A stretch of DNA of 64,000 nt from Eledone cirrhosa. Taxonomy: Eukaryota. Below, one piece after another: positions 13,352 to 25,786 of the stretch. The stretch lies in contig OZ024740.1 of NCBI GenBank assembly GCA_964016885.1, forward strand, positions 271,312,001 to 271,376,000. The letters are read 5' to 3'. Within the stretch, counting starts at the first letter, position 1, and every line of letters starts with the position of its first letter. Position numbers and translations under genes: made by a program. The notes below the pieces were generated by a model. It was not told the origin of the DNA and searched no databases. It saw only the letters and a list, made by a program, of their open reading frames with translations.

Positions 13352-13507
13352 TACGAGCATGGGCTGAAAAGTTCATAAACATTAATTTCAACTTTCCTTA
13401 TTAATGACTGCATTGTTTCTTTCCACGGACAATGTTAAAAAATAAACCCCATTTGGTTTATAAGAGTATCTTGGTCTACCTATGAACTTTTCAGCCGACT
13501 CTCGTAT
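13352..13507. mobile_element. Mariner-type MITE
   Basis: TIRs tacgagcatgggctgaaaagttcata / tatgaacttttcagccgactctcgta with TA ends; other copies near 13510-13680, 16330-16520, 55441-55632, 56330-56400. Confidence 0.8.
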
Positions 13508-14046
13508 AGTCATATGTAAGTCGCCAAACTTTGAAAGAGCTGTGAAATCTTGCATACTTTAATTTCAAATTTTCTTATTAATAACTGCATTGTTTCTTCC
13601 AGGGACTATGTTAAAAAAATAAAGCATCTTCGTCAGCCAATGAACTTTTCAGCTAATGAACTTTTCAGTCGATCTCATATGCTCTGAGACATAAAACCTG
13701 AGAATTTCTGATTTTGTTCATCAATTTCTATATTTGCATCATGTTTAGATTATATTTATTGACTTTTTTACTTTTAATTAATATATTCTACATTTTTCTA
13801 TCCTTTACATTTATTTTTATCCTTTCTAGAACAACTTCCAATATTGTATTGAACATCTTCGACAACACCAGTCATTTTATATTGGTTGGCCTTTCTATGA
13901 AATGAAGAATATTTCAGCTTTTCAATGATGCAGCAACAATTATTTCAAGGTAGATTCTTGAATTGTATTCAATTATTTTTTTTTTTTTCGACAATCTCAT
14001 CCCTACAATATTTTTAACATTGGTACCAGACCAGATTCCTTACAAT

Positions 14047-15345
14047 AATAATTGTTTCTACTTTTGGCACAAGGCCAGCAATTACTCCAGTGCATTACTG
14101 GTACTTTATTTTATCGACCCCGTAAGGATCAAAAGCAAAGTTAACCTCGGTGGTATTTGAACTCAGAACGCATGGTGCCTGACGCTCTACCGATACTGCC
14201 AATCCACCGCCCATTCCTTATGGCGCTACCCCAGCATGGCCTCAGTCAGGTGGCTGGAACAGGTAAAAGAGTATAAAAGAGTAATGGTTTTTGATTTAGG
14301 CACAAGGCCAGCAATTTGAAGGGAATGAAAAAGACGATTAAATCAACCTTAGTGCGTTACTGGTGCTTTACTTTATGACTCTGTAAGAATGAAAGGTAAA
14401 ACTTACCTCGCGGGATTTGAATTCAGAACGTAAAGAGCCGTAACTTAATACCGCAAAGCATTTTGTCTGACGATCTACCGATACAACCAATCTACCGCCC
14501 TCTCTTTACATTAATAATACGTGTCACTATTGTGACAGTCAATAAGTAGAATCATTAGAGTATCGGGTAGAAGGCTGCCCTATATTATATCCGATTCACA
14601 GCATATTGAGTTCAAATCCCATTGCACAGCACGAGGGCATGCTTGCATGCAAGTACAGGGGTTGATATTATCGGGTTTCCCCTTCTACCTAAATTAGAGA
14701 CTATTATTCTGCTCCTCTCCACAAGTTTTTATTAAATTTGTTTCCATCGTTGACTTTGTATTTTTTAGTTTGTTCAGAAAATTATTTTCCTCGCGAAAGA
14801 GATTGTATTGTAACTTTTGATGTTTCCACTTCTCTCGTAACATTTCAACGACATCTATTTAAAAAGCATTTTCCTATTGACAGTCTCGTTTGTTACTATC
14901 CCTGGTCACAGTCAGACATCACCTAGCTATAATGTTTCCGGAACCGTAATGATTTCTGATTTAGCCACAAGGCCAACAATTTTTGTGGAGGTAGAGGAAA
15001 GTCGTTTAAATCGGCCCCAGTGCATTACTGATGCTTTATTTTATCGACCCCGTAAAGATGAAAGGCAAAGCTAACCTCGGCGGCATTTGAACTCAAAACG
15101 TAAAGGGACGTAACTCTATGCCGCAAAGTATGTTGTCCGACACTAATAATATTAATAATTGTTTCTACTTTTGGCACAAGGCCAGCAATTACCCAGTGCA
15201 TTACTGGTACTTTATTTTATCGACCCCGTAAGGATGAAAGGCAAAGTTAACCTTGGCGGGATTTGAACTCAGACCATAAAGGGCCGTAACTCTTTGCTGC
15301 AAAGCATGGCGTCTGACTCTCTACTGATACTGCCAATCCGCCGCT
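14047..15345 (-). mobile_element. Cluster of four SINE A copies (about 14047-14212, 14282-14500, 14947-15142, 15153-15345)
   Basis: All match the reference; taataatattaataat flanks the last copy as TSD. Confidence 0.85.
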
Positions 15346-15384
15346 AATAATATTAATAATGACATTTGTACATATATATTGTAC

Positions 15385-15695
15385 AGACCCCCTTCAGTCA
15401 CGAATAGCCATGGGATTTGTACCTAGAAAGTTTCCCTCTGCGGCACAAGTCCAGGAAAGGTTGTTTGTGGAAGACCAGAAGTCACCCATGCATACCGGTC
15501 TCCCCTCTCCCCGTCACCAATGTTCAAGGGAAAGACAAAGGCCGATACAAATTCGCACCACTGACGTCGCAACTTATTTCTACAGCTGAGTAAACTGAAG
15601 CAATTGAAATAAAGTGTCTTGATCAAGGTCCGGTAATCGAACTCACAACCTCCCGATTGCAAGCCCAACGCTCAAACCATTATGTCATTCACCTT
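15385..15695 (-). mobile_element. tRNA-derived CORE-like SINE family B
   Basis: Minus strand: head with gtgagttcgatt, then ccttgatcaagacactttatttc...actcagctgtagaaat, resembling the MIR CORE domain; copies at 17680-18006, 40486-40600 and about 61700-61800. Confidence 0.75.
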
Positions 15696-16329
15696 CACAC
15701 ATTAATATAATATTTGTATATATATATAATACATAATATGTGCGACTATGTAAGCAAATATGACCGAATTGTTAAAGTGTTTTCTTGGTAGATCTGCTGA
15801 CCCAAATCCAAAAATTTTAATATTTTTCATATTTATTGAGTTTTTCGTAAAAAATTCTTTACACAGAGAAATATTATGTATTGTGCCTTAGACGTTTATT
15901 TCTCATATTTCTATTATGTGTGTGTATATGTGTGTGTGTCTGCCTGTTTGTGTGTGTATGTGCGTGTTGGTGTCTGAGTGTGTGTATGCGTGGGTGTATA
16001 TATACATATATATATATATATACATGTATGTGTGTGTTATGATTTATTTTACTGGCGTAAAATTGCGTATCTCAAGTTGCGTCATTTTATATAAAATCGT
16101 AACTTAGCGATTCATATATATGATCGATATCATAAAGGCCAATCAATTTTTGAGGGGTGGGTGGGTGTAGTCGTTGCACTAATCTTTAGTATTTGTTAAT
16201 ACTATCCTTTGCTGAATTACAATTGTTGATATGGACTGTTGCTCATCATTTTTTTGGTGGGTAGGGGTGTGAAACAATTGCATCCATCCATTAAAATGTG
16301 TGGCCTTGTTGCTGTTAGAAATTAATATT

Positions 16330-16520
16330 ATACAAGTGTCGGCTATAAAGTTGATAGGCTGACCAAGATACTCTCATGGAATGGCCAAATGATGTTTATT
16401 TTTCAACTTAGCTCCTGGAAAGAAACAATGCAGTTATTAATAAGAAGAGTTGAAATTATTACATGCAAGGTTTCATTCCTTCATAGTAAGCCTATGAACT
16501 TTTGAGTCGACCCTCGTATA
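16330..16520. mobile_element. Mariner-type MITE
   Basis: Same TIRs and internal sequence as 13352 and 55441. Confidence 0.75.
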
Positions 16521-16868
16521 ATGCACAATATATGGCAGAATTGGTAAAGGGTTTGGGATATTGAATTACATTCGTTTGGTTCTGCGTTCAAATCTCCCTT
16601 ATATCGACATTGCCTAAGAGTAATTCTTCATTCTTCCCAAGAGTAGTCATATACCCAAATGACGGAGAACACAGATAGGTGAGGGTACTTGTTCTTGCTA
16701 ATCAGGGTAATCCTGGAGATATAGGAATCTTGACTGACCTTACACTGGCTGGCTGCCCCATCCTCCTATTGAAACATCTCATCTCATGACTTAATTAATG
16801 TTGTTGTTGTTGTTGTTTCGGTGGTTGATTGGTTTTTCCATGCCTGGTTCTTTTTCTACAATCGATTA

Positions 16869-17056
16869 CAGGTAAAATTCCGTTATAGGCCACACATTTT
16901 ATAACGAATACCATATAACAAATTTTTCAGTATAACGAAATTTGTTTCAGACCCCCGCCACACGCTCGATGTGTTAGGTCGATCTCGTTATAAAGAATTT
17001 TTCGTTACAACGATTTTTTTACACTCCGTAAATTTCGTTATAACGGAATTTTACTG
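16869..17056. mobile_element. pogo/Tigger-like MITE
   Basis: TIRs caggtaaaattccgttata / tataacggaattttactg flanked by TA. Confidence 0.8.
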
Positions 17057-17322
17057 TATATGAAAGCTCCTACCGCTTTAGTAATTTGTCTGTTGTAACG
17101 TCATATCAAGGACACTTTCGCTTGACAGTATGATCTGTGATGTTAACCGATTAAGCCCAGTTAGTTGCCTCCCTTTTGGGATACGTTTTTATGTCATTTT
17201 TTCCTTTAGTGTTTACACTGTTGTTTTTCAGGCATCTTTTCGTAAGTTGTTCGTGTAATTTACTCTCATTTGTTGTCCTTGTAGAAATAATAAAGAAACT
17301 ATTATAATAATTTTTATCAATA

Positions 17323-17352
17323 TTGTTGTTGCTGTTGTTGTTGTTGTTGTCG

Positions 17353-17396
<44 letters not shown>

Positions 17397-17415
17397 GCTG
17401 TTGCTGCTGCTGCTG

Positions 17416-17471
<56 letters not shown>
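17323..17471. repeat. (GTT)/(CTA)/(CTG)n microsatellite
   Basis: Read directly. Confidence 0.9.
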
Positions 17472-17472
<1 letters not shown>

Positions 17473-17591
17473 AAAATATACTCCATAAGTGGCTTTGTTA
17501 GTTCGTGTAACATGACCCTCCCAAAGTTTAACAATATCGGTTTCAACACACGTTTTCAGATAAAGAATCTTGCTAAACAAATTCAGAAACG

Positions 17592-17641
<50 letters not shown>

Positions 17642-17679
17642 ATATTTCTCTGTATGTGTGTGGGTGTGTGGGTGTGTAA

Positions 17680-18006
17680 AGAGTAAAGACCCCTTTCGGT
17701 CACGAATGACCATAGGATTTGCACATAAAAAGTTTCCCTTTTGAGATACAAGTCAGAACGAGGTGTTTTTGTGAAAGACCACCAGTCGCCCATACATGTC
17801 AGCCTCCCCTCACCACGCCACCGATGTTGTCCAAGGGAAAGGCAATGGCTGATACAACTTGGAACCAGTGACGTCGCAACTCATTTCTACAGCTGAGTAA
17901 ACTGGAACAACGTGGAAATACAGTGTCTTGCTCAGGAACACAGGGCATCGCGTGGTCCAAGAATCAAACTCACAACCTCATGATTGTGAATCTAACCACT
18001 TAGCCA
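17680..18006 (-). mobile_element. CORE-like SINE family B
   Basis: Aligns with 15385-15695. Confidence 0.8.
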
Positions 18007-18029
18007 AAACGTGTATACACACATACACA

Positions 18030-18134
<105 letters not shown>

Positions 18135-18648
18135 TTGAGTATGTGTTGGTTAGTTACCGACACTTCAGTATGCAGGGTAGAGCACTCAACGAGGTGCGCA
18201 GGTGGGTCTGTTTACTCTGGAGTAATTTAAAAACAAGAGGTGTAAGTCAACGGGTTAAAATTAACCTCGTTTATTCATATTTTCTGTTATATATATTTCG
18301 GTGATAGCCATTATTTAACAGCTATGACCTCCTCGGAGAGCTAGAACTTGAACAGAAAAAAAACAGAAAAACATAATGATGGGACAAAGTTTACCTCTGT
18401 TATTTCGATCTTTTGCCCAGTCCCGAAGTTGAGAAAACAACACCATACTTCGGGACTATATATATATATATGTGTGTGTGTCTGTCTGTCTGTCTGTCTG
18501 TCTGTGTGTGTGTGTGTGTGTGTGTGTGCTCTCTAACAATACAAACATCTGTAAGCAACAGTTGCCAGTAGCAATGGAAATTCGGGAATTGTGGAGAGAT
18601 TCTGTCAGGAATGTTCGACCGTGGTCGCAATGATGATTGATATGTATA

Positions 18649-18748
18649 CAAGGTGTCCCTAAAAAATGTATACATACTTTGATTACCTGTACAGGCAATA
18701 TTTATTAGAATGCTGTTGAAGTGTGTATACATTTTTGGGGACACCCTA
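18649..18748. mobile_element. Tc1-type MITE, about 100 bp
   Basis: TIRs caaggtgtccctaaaaaatgtatacatactt / aagtgtgtatacatttttggggacaccct between TA. Confidence 0.75.
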
Positions 18749-18986
18749 TATATATATATATGCCAAAAACATACAGCAAGTTTGAAAGTTTATGGCAATT
18801 TTAAGGTTTTTAATTAGATATCTTAACTACGAAAGGAATTAGCTGTAAAATGTAAACACTTTCAGTTATCTGTTCGTATGCAGAAAAACCTAGAGTTATG
18901 GCCCTTTATGATCTGAGTTCAAATCCAACTGAGGTTAACTTTCATCCGTACGAGTTCGATAAAATAAAGCACCAGTAATACACTGG

Positions 18987-20042
18987 TTTTGACTTCACAA
19001 AGGCTTTTGACAACGTGAAACTACCCAGCTTGTGGCAACTCTTAAACAAAACCTCAATTAACAAGAAATACATCAACCTACTGAAAGAAACTTAGACCAA
19101 CTCAACAGCATATATCAAAACTGATTTGGGAACTACACAGAGTATAGACATCTTGAAGGGAGTTAAGCAGGAGTATGTACTATCAGCACTTCTTTTCTGT
19201 ATAGTTATAGCTGCACTTATCTACCAAAATGAAGAAGAATGCTCCTCCGGTTATCAAATAATAGGTAAAATCCTATGCAGACGATCTGGCTATCATGAAT
19301 TACTCTAGAACTGATCTGCAAAACTTTCTGAATGTACTGACCAAACATTCGCTAGAGGCTGGCTTACACATCAACATCTCCAAAACAAAGTGTATGACGG
19401 CTGATATAAACGATGCCAATCTCCAACTCACAATCTACAACCAGCAAATTGCTCAAGTTACGGAGTTTGAATATCTCGGTCATAAACAACAATGGAATGG
19501 TCGTTGTGCAGTATCGCATCGCACTGGGTTGGACAGCTTTCAACGGGAACAAGGAAGTACTAACATCAAAACGAGTTTCCTATCATTCGAAGGCTAAGAT
19601 CTTCGATATTTACATCCTACCAGTTGTGTTATATGGTCTTGACTGTGTTAATTGGACGACAAGGTCACTTCAGAAGCTCTCTACATTTCAGTACCACATC
19701 ATGAGACTTATGACTGGCAAGCGGCTCAGCGACCGTATCTGTATCAGTGAGCTACTCAACATCACCAGCTTAGACCAATCACATCAGTTGCCAGGTCATG
19801 AGTGCTTAAATTGTATGGTCATATCAAAAGATCAACTCATGGTGTAAGTTATGCCTAGAAGGAAAGTAGGCTGGTAAGAGAAACAGATGTCGGCGGCCAA
19901 AACGATGGCTTGATAATGTTAACTTATGGACTGGACTTGACCTGTGCTCTTTAAACTCTGCTGTTGGTGATCGAACTTTGTGGAGAAAAATATCTCATGT
20001 TGATGCGCAGTCTGCAACTGGTGGGGTTTAGCATCTAGAGAG
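18987..20042 (+). pseudogene. 5'-truncated RTE-like LINE (decayed RT) inserted in a SINE A copy
   Basis: DFTKAFDNV, KGVKQ..LSALLF, GLHINISKTKCM, FEYLG, ILPVVLYG; 10-bp TSD aatacactgg at 18977-18986 and 20043-20052. Confidence 0.85.
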
Positions 20043-20271
20043 AATACACTGGGGTCATTGCTGGCCTTGTACCAAAAGTAGAAACAATTATTATGGCGGC
20101 ACTTCAGAATTTCAGAATAGCTGAAAGTGTTCCTCCATTACACAACTAATGTTTCCAATTCAAATGTGGTAGCTATATCTACAGAATGTTTACCCTAAAC
20201 CTTGAAATATATGGTCTGTGATCTAAATACTATATATAGATATATATATATAACAAATATAATATAGAAAT

Positions 20272-20323
20272 GGCTTCTACAGAACTAGAACTGTTTCATT
20301 CGACTGAAATCATCAGGAAAGCC
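20272..20323 (-). ncRNA. Type I hammerhead ribozyme (family H1)
   Basis: Minus: ggctttc CTGATGA tttcagtcgaat GAAA cagttctagttctg TA gaagcc. Confidence 0.75.
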
Positions 20324-20417
20324 AACTATCATTGTAATACAATATTAAATATATTGTTTACACTCTACTAATATATTGAGTACCTTACTTACTGTGGTTA
20401 CCCCTGATTGAACCCGG

Positions 20418-20465
<48 letters not shown>

Positions 20466-20692
20466 TGTGGATATTTCCTGGACTTGGAAAAAGTTTATTT
20501 TACTAATGTTCCTAGTACAAACTGTCTCTGTACATCTGCCACATGAAGTCTGCTATTTCTGTTAGTCTGTCTACTAAATCACTACACCTTATATACCCAA
20601 AATTTACATTGTGTATCAACTTCTTTTCTACTTATGGAGCATGACCACGTCCTTGATACTACCTAACAGTCTTTGCAAACAAATCTCCCTAT

Positions 20693-20912
20693 AATAACGA
20701 TTTCTAGTATAGGCACAAGGCCAGTAATTTGGGGAAGGGGAAAGTCGATTAAATCGACCCCAGTACGTTACTGGTGCTTTATTTTATCGACCCCGTAAGT
20801 ATGAAAGGCAAAGTAAACCTCGGCGGGATTTGAACTCAGACCGTAAAGAACTGTAACTCTATGTTGCAAAGCATAGTGCTCGACTCTACCGATACTGCCA
20901 ATCAACCGCCCA
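20693..20912 (-). mobile_element. SINE family A, long subfamily
   Basis: TSD caaatctccctataat on both sides. Confidence 0.9.
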
Positions 20913-22505
20913 AATCTCCCTATAATATGAGCAACATTTTTATGTAAATATTTTTTTTTATAGAATTTTTAAGATTTCACTATACAAAAAGGTTGATTTT
21001 AATTTCGGTTACATAAATATATTCTTTTATCATCTATATCATAATTTGTGTCTTTCATTGAACCAGCGTGTTGTCAAACCTCTCCAAAGGGATTGGATTA
21101 TGCCTAAGTTTTAGTGGATGTTTCATTTTTTTTTTTTTTTTTTTGTGACTAGAGAACTTCGAAACGTCGGAATGTCTATCCCGATTCCTGGAGTAAATAA
21201 AAGATCTGACATTCATTTGAAAGTTATTTTTGTGTTTCTATCTTTCAATATGTCTACCAGAGATGCAGTAATAAATAGCAACAACGCAAAACTGATACAG
21301 TATTAACAAAAGTATTAGCTGCATTTCGTTTACTCACATTTTAAACATAGATGGAAACCAGAAACCGAAAGAAGCGTGTCAGTGAGGTGTTATACAGAAG
21401 TGTGTCCCTATGCTTTGTGAATTAATTTTTTGCATAAATGGGCGAGGACTAATGTGACATATTTCTGTTTTGTGAAGGCTGGTAAGAGATTTGGTATGTC
21501 ATAAAATGAACAGTTAGAGGAAGCCTTAGATGATGTATGGTATGTGGTTTGTTCTACTGTTACAGTTTCGGCAAATAGAAATGTGTGTATAGTCTTCAAA
21601 ACTAAGGAGAGAACTAGATGCAGGGAGAACTGGTACGCCCTACTCCTGTAGCAATACTTGGAAGGACGTTACACAAGGATCACTGCAAGAGATATTGTTA
21701 ATGACGTTGACTTTTGAGCGTTGTCATCCTGGCGTTGCAGTACAGGCGAGTGGTGGGTTCCGATGTGACATGAACGACGTATTCGGGTAGGGTCGACATG
21801 GACATGTAATTCCTGATGGTTCTCTACGCCCACAGAATAATCCTGGGGATATTCCATTAAGTGGAGAGAAGGAGAGGTGATAAGTCTAAAGGCTTACTGT
21901 TCAGAGGAACTGAAATTGTAGATAAACATAGGAATCTAACAATAGCAGAGATAGCAATAACAACAGCTCGTCCCGCAATATATTGATCACAGAACGCCAT
22001 CAGTCGCGCCAGAGATAGCAAAAAGAAATCGCTTCATCCTCATCGCCAGGACCCCCATAAACCAACCATATCCGATGACGACCACCACCCACCCGCCTCC
22101 GTCATATTGTGAAGACGTGAGGCTGGAGGATGGACAAGAATGGCAAACTTTTGGGAAATAAGGATAGCCCTATCCTCAAATAAAGTGAACTTAATCAGAA
22201 AGCAATACGACAAGCATGAAGGAACTTGTTTCCCGACAAAACTGTATGAAGTTTACAGTCCTTCGAATGGCCATAGATAAACGTTTTTTAATGATATACA
22301 GGGAAACAAAGAGAAAAAAAAATACTGATTTATGAGATGACCTTCGACTATGTGAAACATGCGAGTGATAAAAACAGTTATAAGGCTGTTCATGAACAGT
22401 TATACCTTAATTACAAAAGAACGTGGATCCTTTCTCCAGCATTTCGACACCTGAGTTTCTCCTAGACATATTCAGGACTGAACATTCTGAGTAGATATTT
22501 CTAGT

Positions 22506-22695
22506 GGTAATCAATAACAGGTGGTGGGTTTTCACCCACGCGTATGATCAGGGCCGTAATCAATAACAGGTGGTGGATTTTCCTTCACGCGTGTGGTCAG
22601 GGTCGTAATCGATAACAGGTGGTGGGTTTTCACTCACGCGTATGGTGAGGGTCTTAATCGATAACAGGTGGTGGTTTTTTCACCCACGCGTATGT
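22506..22695. repeat. About 50-bp tandem repeat, 4 copies
   Basis: taatc(a/g)ataacaggtggtgg...cacgcgt repeated four times. Confidence 0.9.
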
Positions 22696-22713
22696 GAGAG
22701 GTGCACTTATTTG

Positions 22714-22849
<136 letters not shown>

Positions 22850-22959
22850 GTGTGTGCGTGTGTGTGTGCGTGTGTGTGTGCGTGTGTGTGTGCGTGTGTG
22901 TGTGCGTGTGTGTTCATTTGTTTATTCTTATTGATTTATGAATTTGTGTAAATTTAAAA

Positions 22960-23900
22960 TCTTCTATAATGTTTCAAAGCTACAAGCTTGGATAATATAC
23001 CAACAAAAGTGTGTAAAGTATGCACGAACGATGAGCTGCTTGAAATCTGCCAAAAGACCTCCAAAAGAGATGTACCGAAAATCTGGACAAAAGAAGGAAT
23101 AGTACCTCGACCCAAGATGGGTGCCCTGGGATATACAGGAAATTACAGAGTTTTCTTTTTCCATATCCTTACCATATCCTTTCCATTCGGTTCATTACAG
23201 CCCAGACTTTGGAAACTCTAAAGTCAATGTCCTTTTTTAATGAACTCATCCAGCTGCCTAAATTTAGAAAATCATCAACAGGATTTAGTATTTCGTCATA
23301 CAGTAGGACAAGATTTATATTGTCTTGGTTTAGTGACATATACTCTGTCTTGGTAACATTTGTGTCGACCAATTTTCCTGGCAGTGAATTCGACTTTATT
23401 CAGCTTGAGCAATGGTATTTAATAGAAGTCATTAGCAAAGTCTGTATCACATATTACAGTTGGTGGGTTTAGTTTACGTTTCCTTTGTGTCAATGTAAAG
23501 CTGAGATCTTGTTCATTAACAATGACATCCCTCATGGCATAATACAGAGCGATTCTGGAAAGATATGGTGCCAATGTGTCACCTTGAAGAACACTCGCTT
23601 GGATACTCGCTGTCATCATCAGGAGTTTATGTAGGGTTTATGTTGAGTACATTTATAGCAGAAATTATGACATCAGGTATGCCATATGCAACTAGGATTG
23701 TCATAAGCTTTCCTCTATAGATGGAGTCAAAAGCTTGTTTGAAGTCAAATCAAGTTAGTACAGCTTTGTGATTCTTTAATCTGACGCCTTCTAGTAGTCT
23801 CCACAGTGTCATTATTTGTGAGAAAGTTGATCTATTCTGTCTGAAACCATTTTGATTTATTCTGAGTTTCGGGTCTAGATGTGGTAATATCTTCAACATA
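22960..23900 (-). pseudogene. Decayed RTE-like RT fragment
   Basis: Minus-strand NQNGFRQNRST, DFKQAFDSI, LQGDTLAPYL, DFANDF, KTEYMSLN; multiple frameshifts. Confidence 0.8.
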
Positions 23901-24029
23901 ATGCTGCTAAACAGAATAAGGTGTTTGCGCTGTTATTGGTACTGATGTTGGTGTTTGTGTTGTCCCCTACATGTCGGCCCTTGTGGCCAATAAATGAAAT
24001 CATTATTATCATTATTATTATTATTATTG

Positions 24030-24102
24030 TGAGTCTGGGCAAGGTGTTTACACTCGGATACTAAGTGAGCCACAGTCCCCCCCCCCTCTATCTCTCTCTA
24101 TC

Positions 24103-24166
<64 letters not shown>

Positions 24167-25220
24167 CACAGATCCTACAGAGAGGGCTAGCCTCCCCCTT
24201 GTCAATATGATATTTCATCCACTTCTATCTAAAAGCGTGCTTCTGTGCAGCCAGTAGCATTCCCTCAGGTTTTTTTTTCTTAAGGTCCCCTTTCTTTAAC
24301 CAGTTCCATGTCTGCGGATCTCTGAATCCTGTTTTCTTTAAAAAAGATGCTATGAAGGACCTTTTCATTCAGGTTGTTCTTCCTCTTTGTTGTTACTTCT
24401 TTCTTGGACATCCCCTGGTCTAATGTCTTCTCTTTCAATACATCCTTAAGCATTGGCTCGTTATTCACACTCACATATTTGTGTAGACAGCTCTTCTCCA
24501 TCTGAACACAGTCCTCCACACTGATTAGACCTCTTCCACCTTCAGATCCCCTTAAATATGGTCTATCAACATCACCCTTCTTATGAAACATACTGTAGGT
24601 GGTCATTGCTTTCCTTGTCTGTCTATCCAGTTCTTCATGCTCGTTTAAATTCCATTTAAGAATTCCTGCACTGTACCTAATAATAAACACAGCCCGAGAA
24701 TTTACTGCACTTATGGCATTTCTAGCTATGATTTTAGTATGTTACTTGTATATTCAGATCTTATCATCTCTTTCATTTTATCATCCTTGGTGTTATCTGC
24801 CTCCAGAATACCCAAATACCTATATCCCTCTTCGGCGTCGATCTCCTCTACGATCTCACCCATTGGCACTTTGATTCCTTTGCTTCTCTTTAATTGACCT
24901 CTCCTCCTCACTAGGACTCCGCACTTACTAACACCAAATTCCATACATTGCTGAAAATACGGAGTGTCAACAAGTACATCCAACTCCTCGCTCCTCCCAA
25001 AGAGTTTTATGTCGTCCATGAAGTGGAGGTGGTTGATGATAAGTTCTCCGCTTCCCAGTTCGTATCCTGTCTTCACTCTTCGCCATACATGAGACAAGGG
25101 TATGAGGGTAAGGACAAACAATAAAGGGGAGAGACTATTTCCTTGGAAGATACTTCTCTTGATTTTCGCTCCTCCCAAGGATTCTCCCCCTGATGTTAGT
25201 TCTGTTTCCCAGGTTTTCAT
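24030..25220 (-). pseudogene. Decayed R4/Dong-type element fragment
   Basis: IFQGNSLSPLLF, HLHFMDDIKL, YRYLG, GGRGLISVEDC; collinear with the 25860 ORF but frameshifted. Confidence 0.9.
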
Positions 25221-25224
25221 GCTC

Positions 25225-25560
25225 TTACTTAATATATATCCCTCCTTGTATTTACATATGCATATGTAAATACAAGGAGGGATATCAATCTTACAGAGAT
25301 AGTGCTCTTCTCAATACGTGTGCAGTACCAGTCAAAACAATTTTTTGCACCTCGTGCAGAGAGGGTAAACCAGGAATCATTCGCAAATATTGTTCTGTTC
25401 CTTTCTTGATCATACCCAGTCCTCCCACAATTACTGGTATTGTAACGGCCTTGAGGTGCCACATTTTCTCAATTCCAATAAGCAGATCTTTATATTTTCG
25501 TAGCTTGTCAAATTCTTTTGCCGCGATATTGTGATCACATGGGATGGATGCTTTTTGTCA
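25225..25560 (-). pseudogene. 3' end (REL endonuclease C-terminus and UTR) of a distinct R4-clade family
   Basis: Minus-strand reading KYKDLLIGIEKMWHLKAVTIPVIVGGLGMIKKG...QKIVLTGTAHVLRRALSL* parallels the C-terminus of the 25860 ORF. Confidence 0.8.
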
Positions 25561-25577
25561 TGACACCTACACAACCA

Positions 25578-25765
25578 CGGTGGATTGGCAGTATCGGTAG
25601 CGGGTCGGACGCCATGCTTTGACACACAGAGTTACGGCCCTTGCCATTATGTGTTAAAAACCTGCCGAGGTTAACTTTGCCTTTCATCCTTATGGGGTCG
25701 ATAAAATAAAGTACCCGTAATGAACTGGGTAATTGCTGGCCTTGTGCCAAAAGTAGAAACAATTA
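25578..25765 (+). mobile_element. SINE family A with (TTA)n tail
   Basis: Matches reference. Confidence 0.9.
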
Positions 25766-25786
25766 TTATTATTATTATTATTATTC

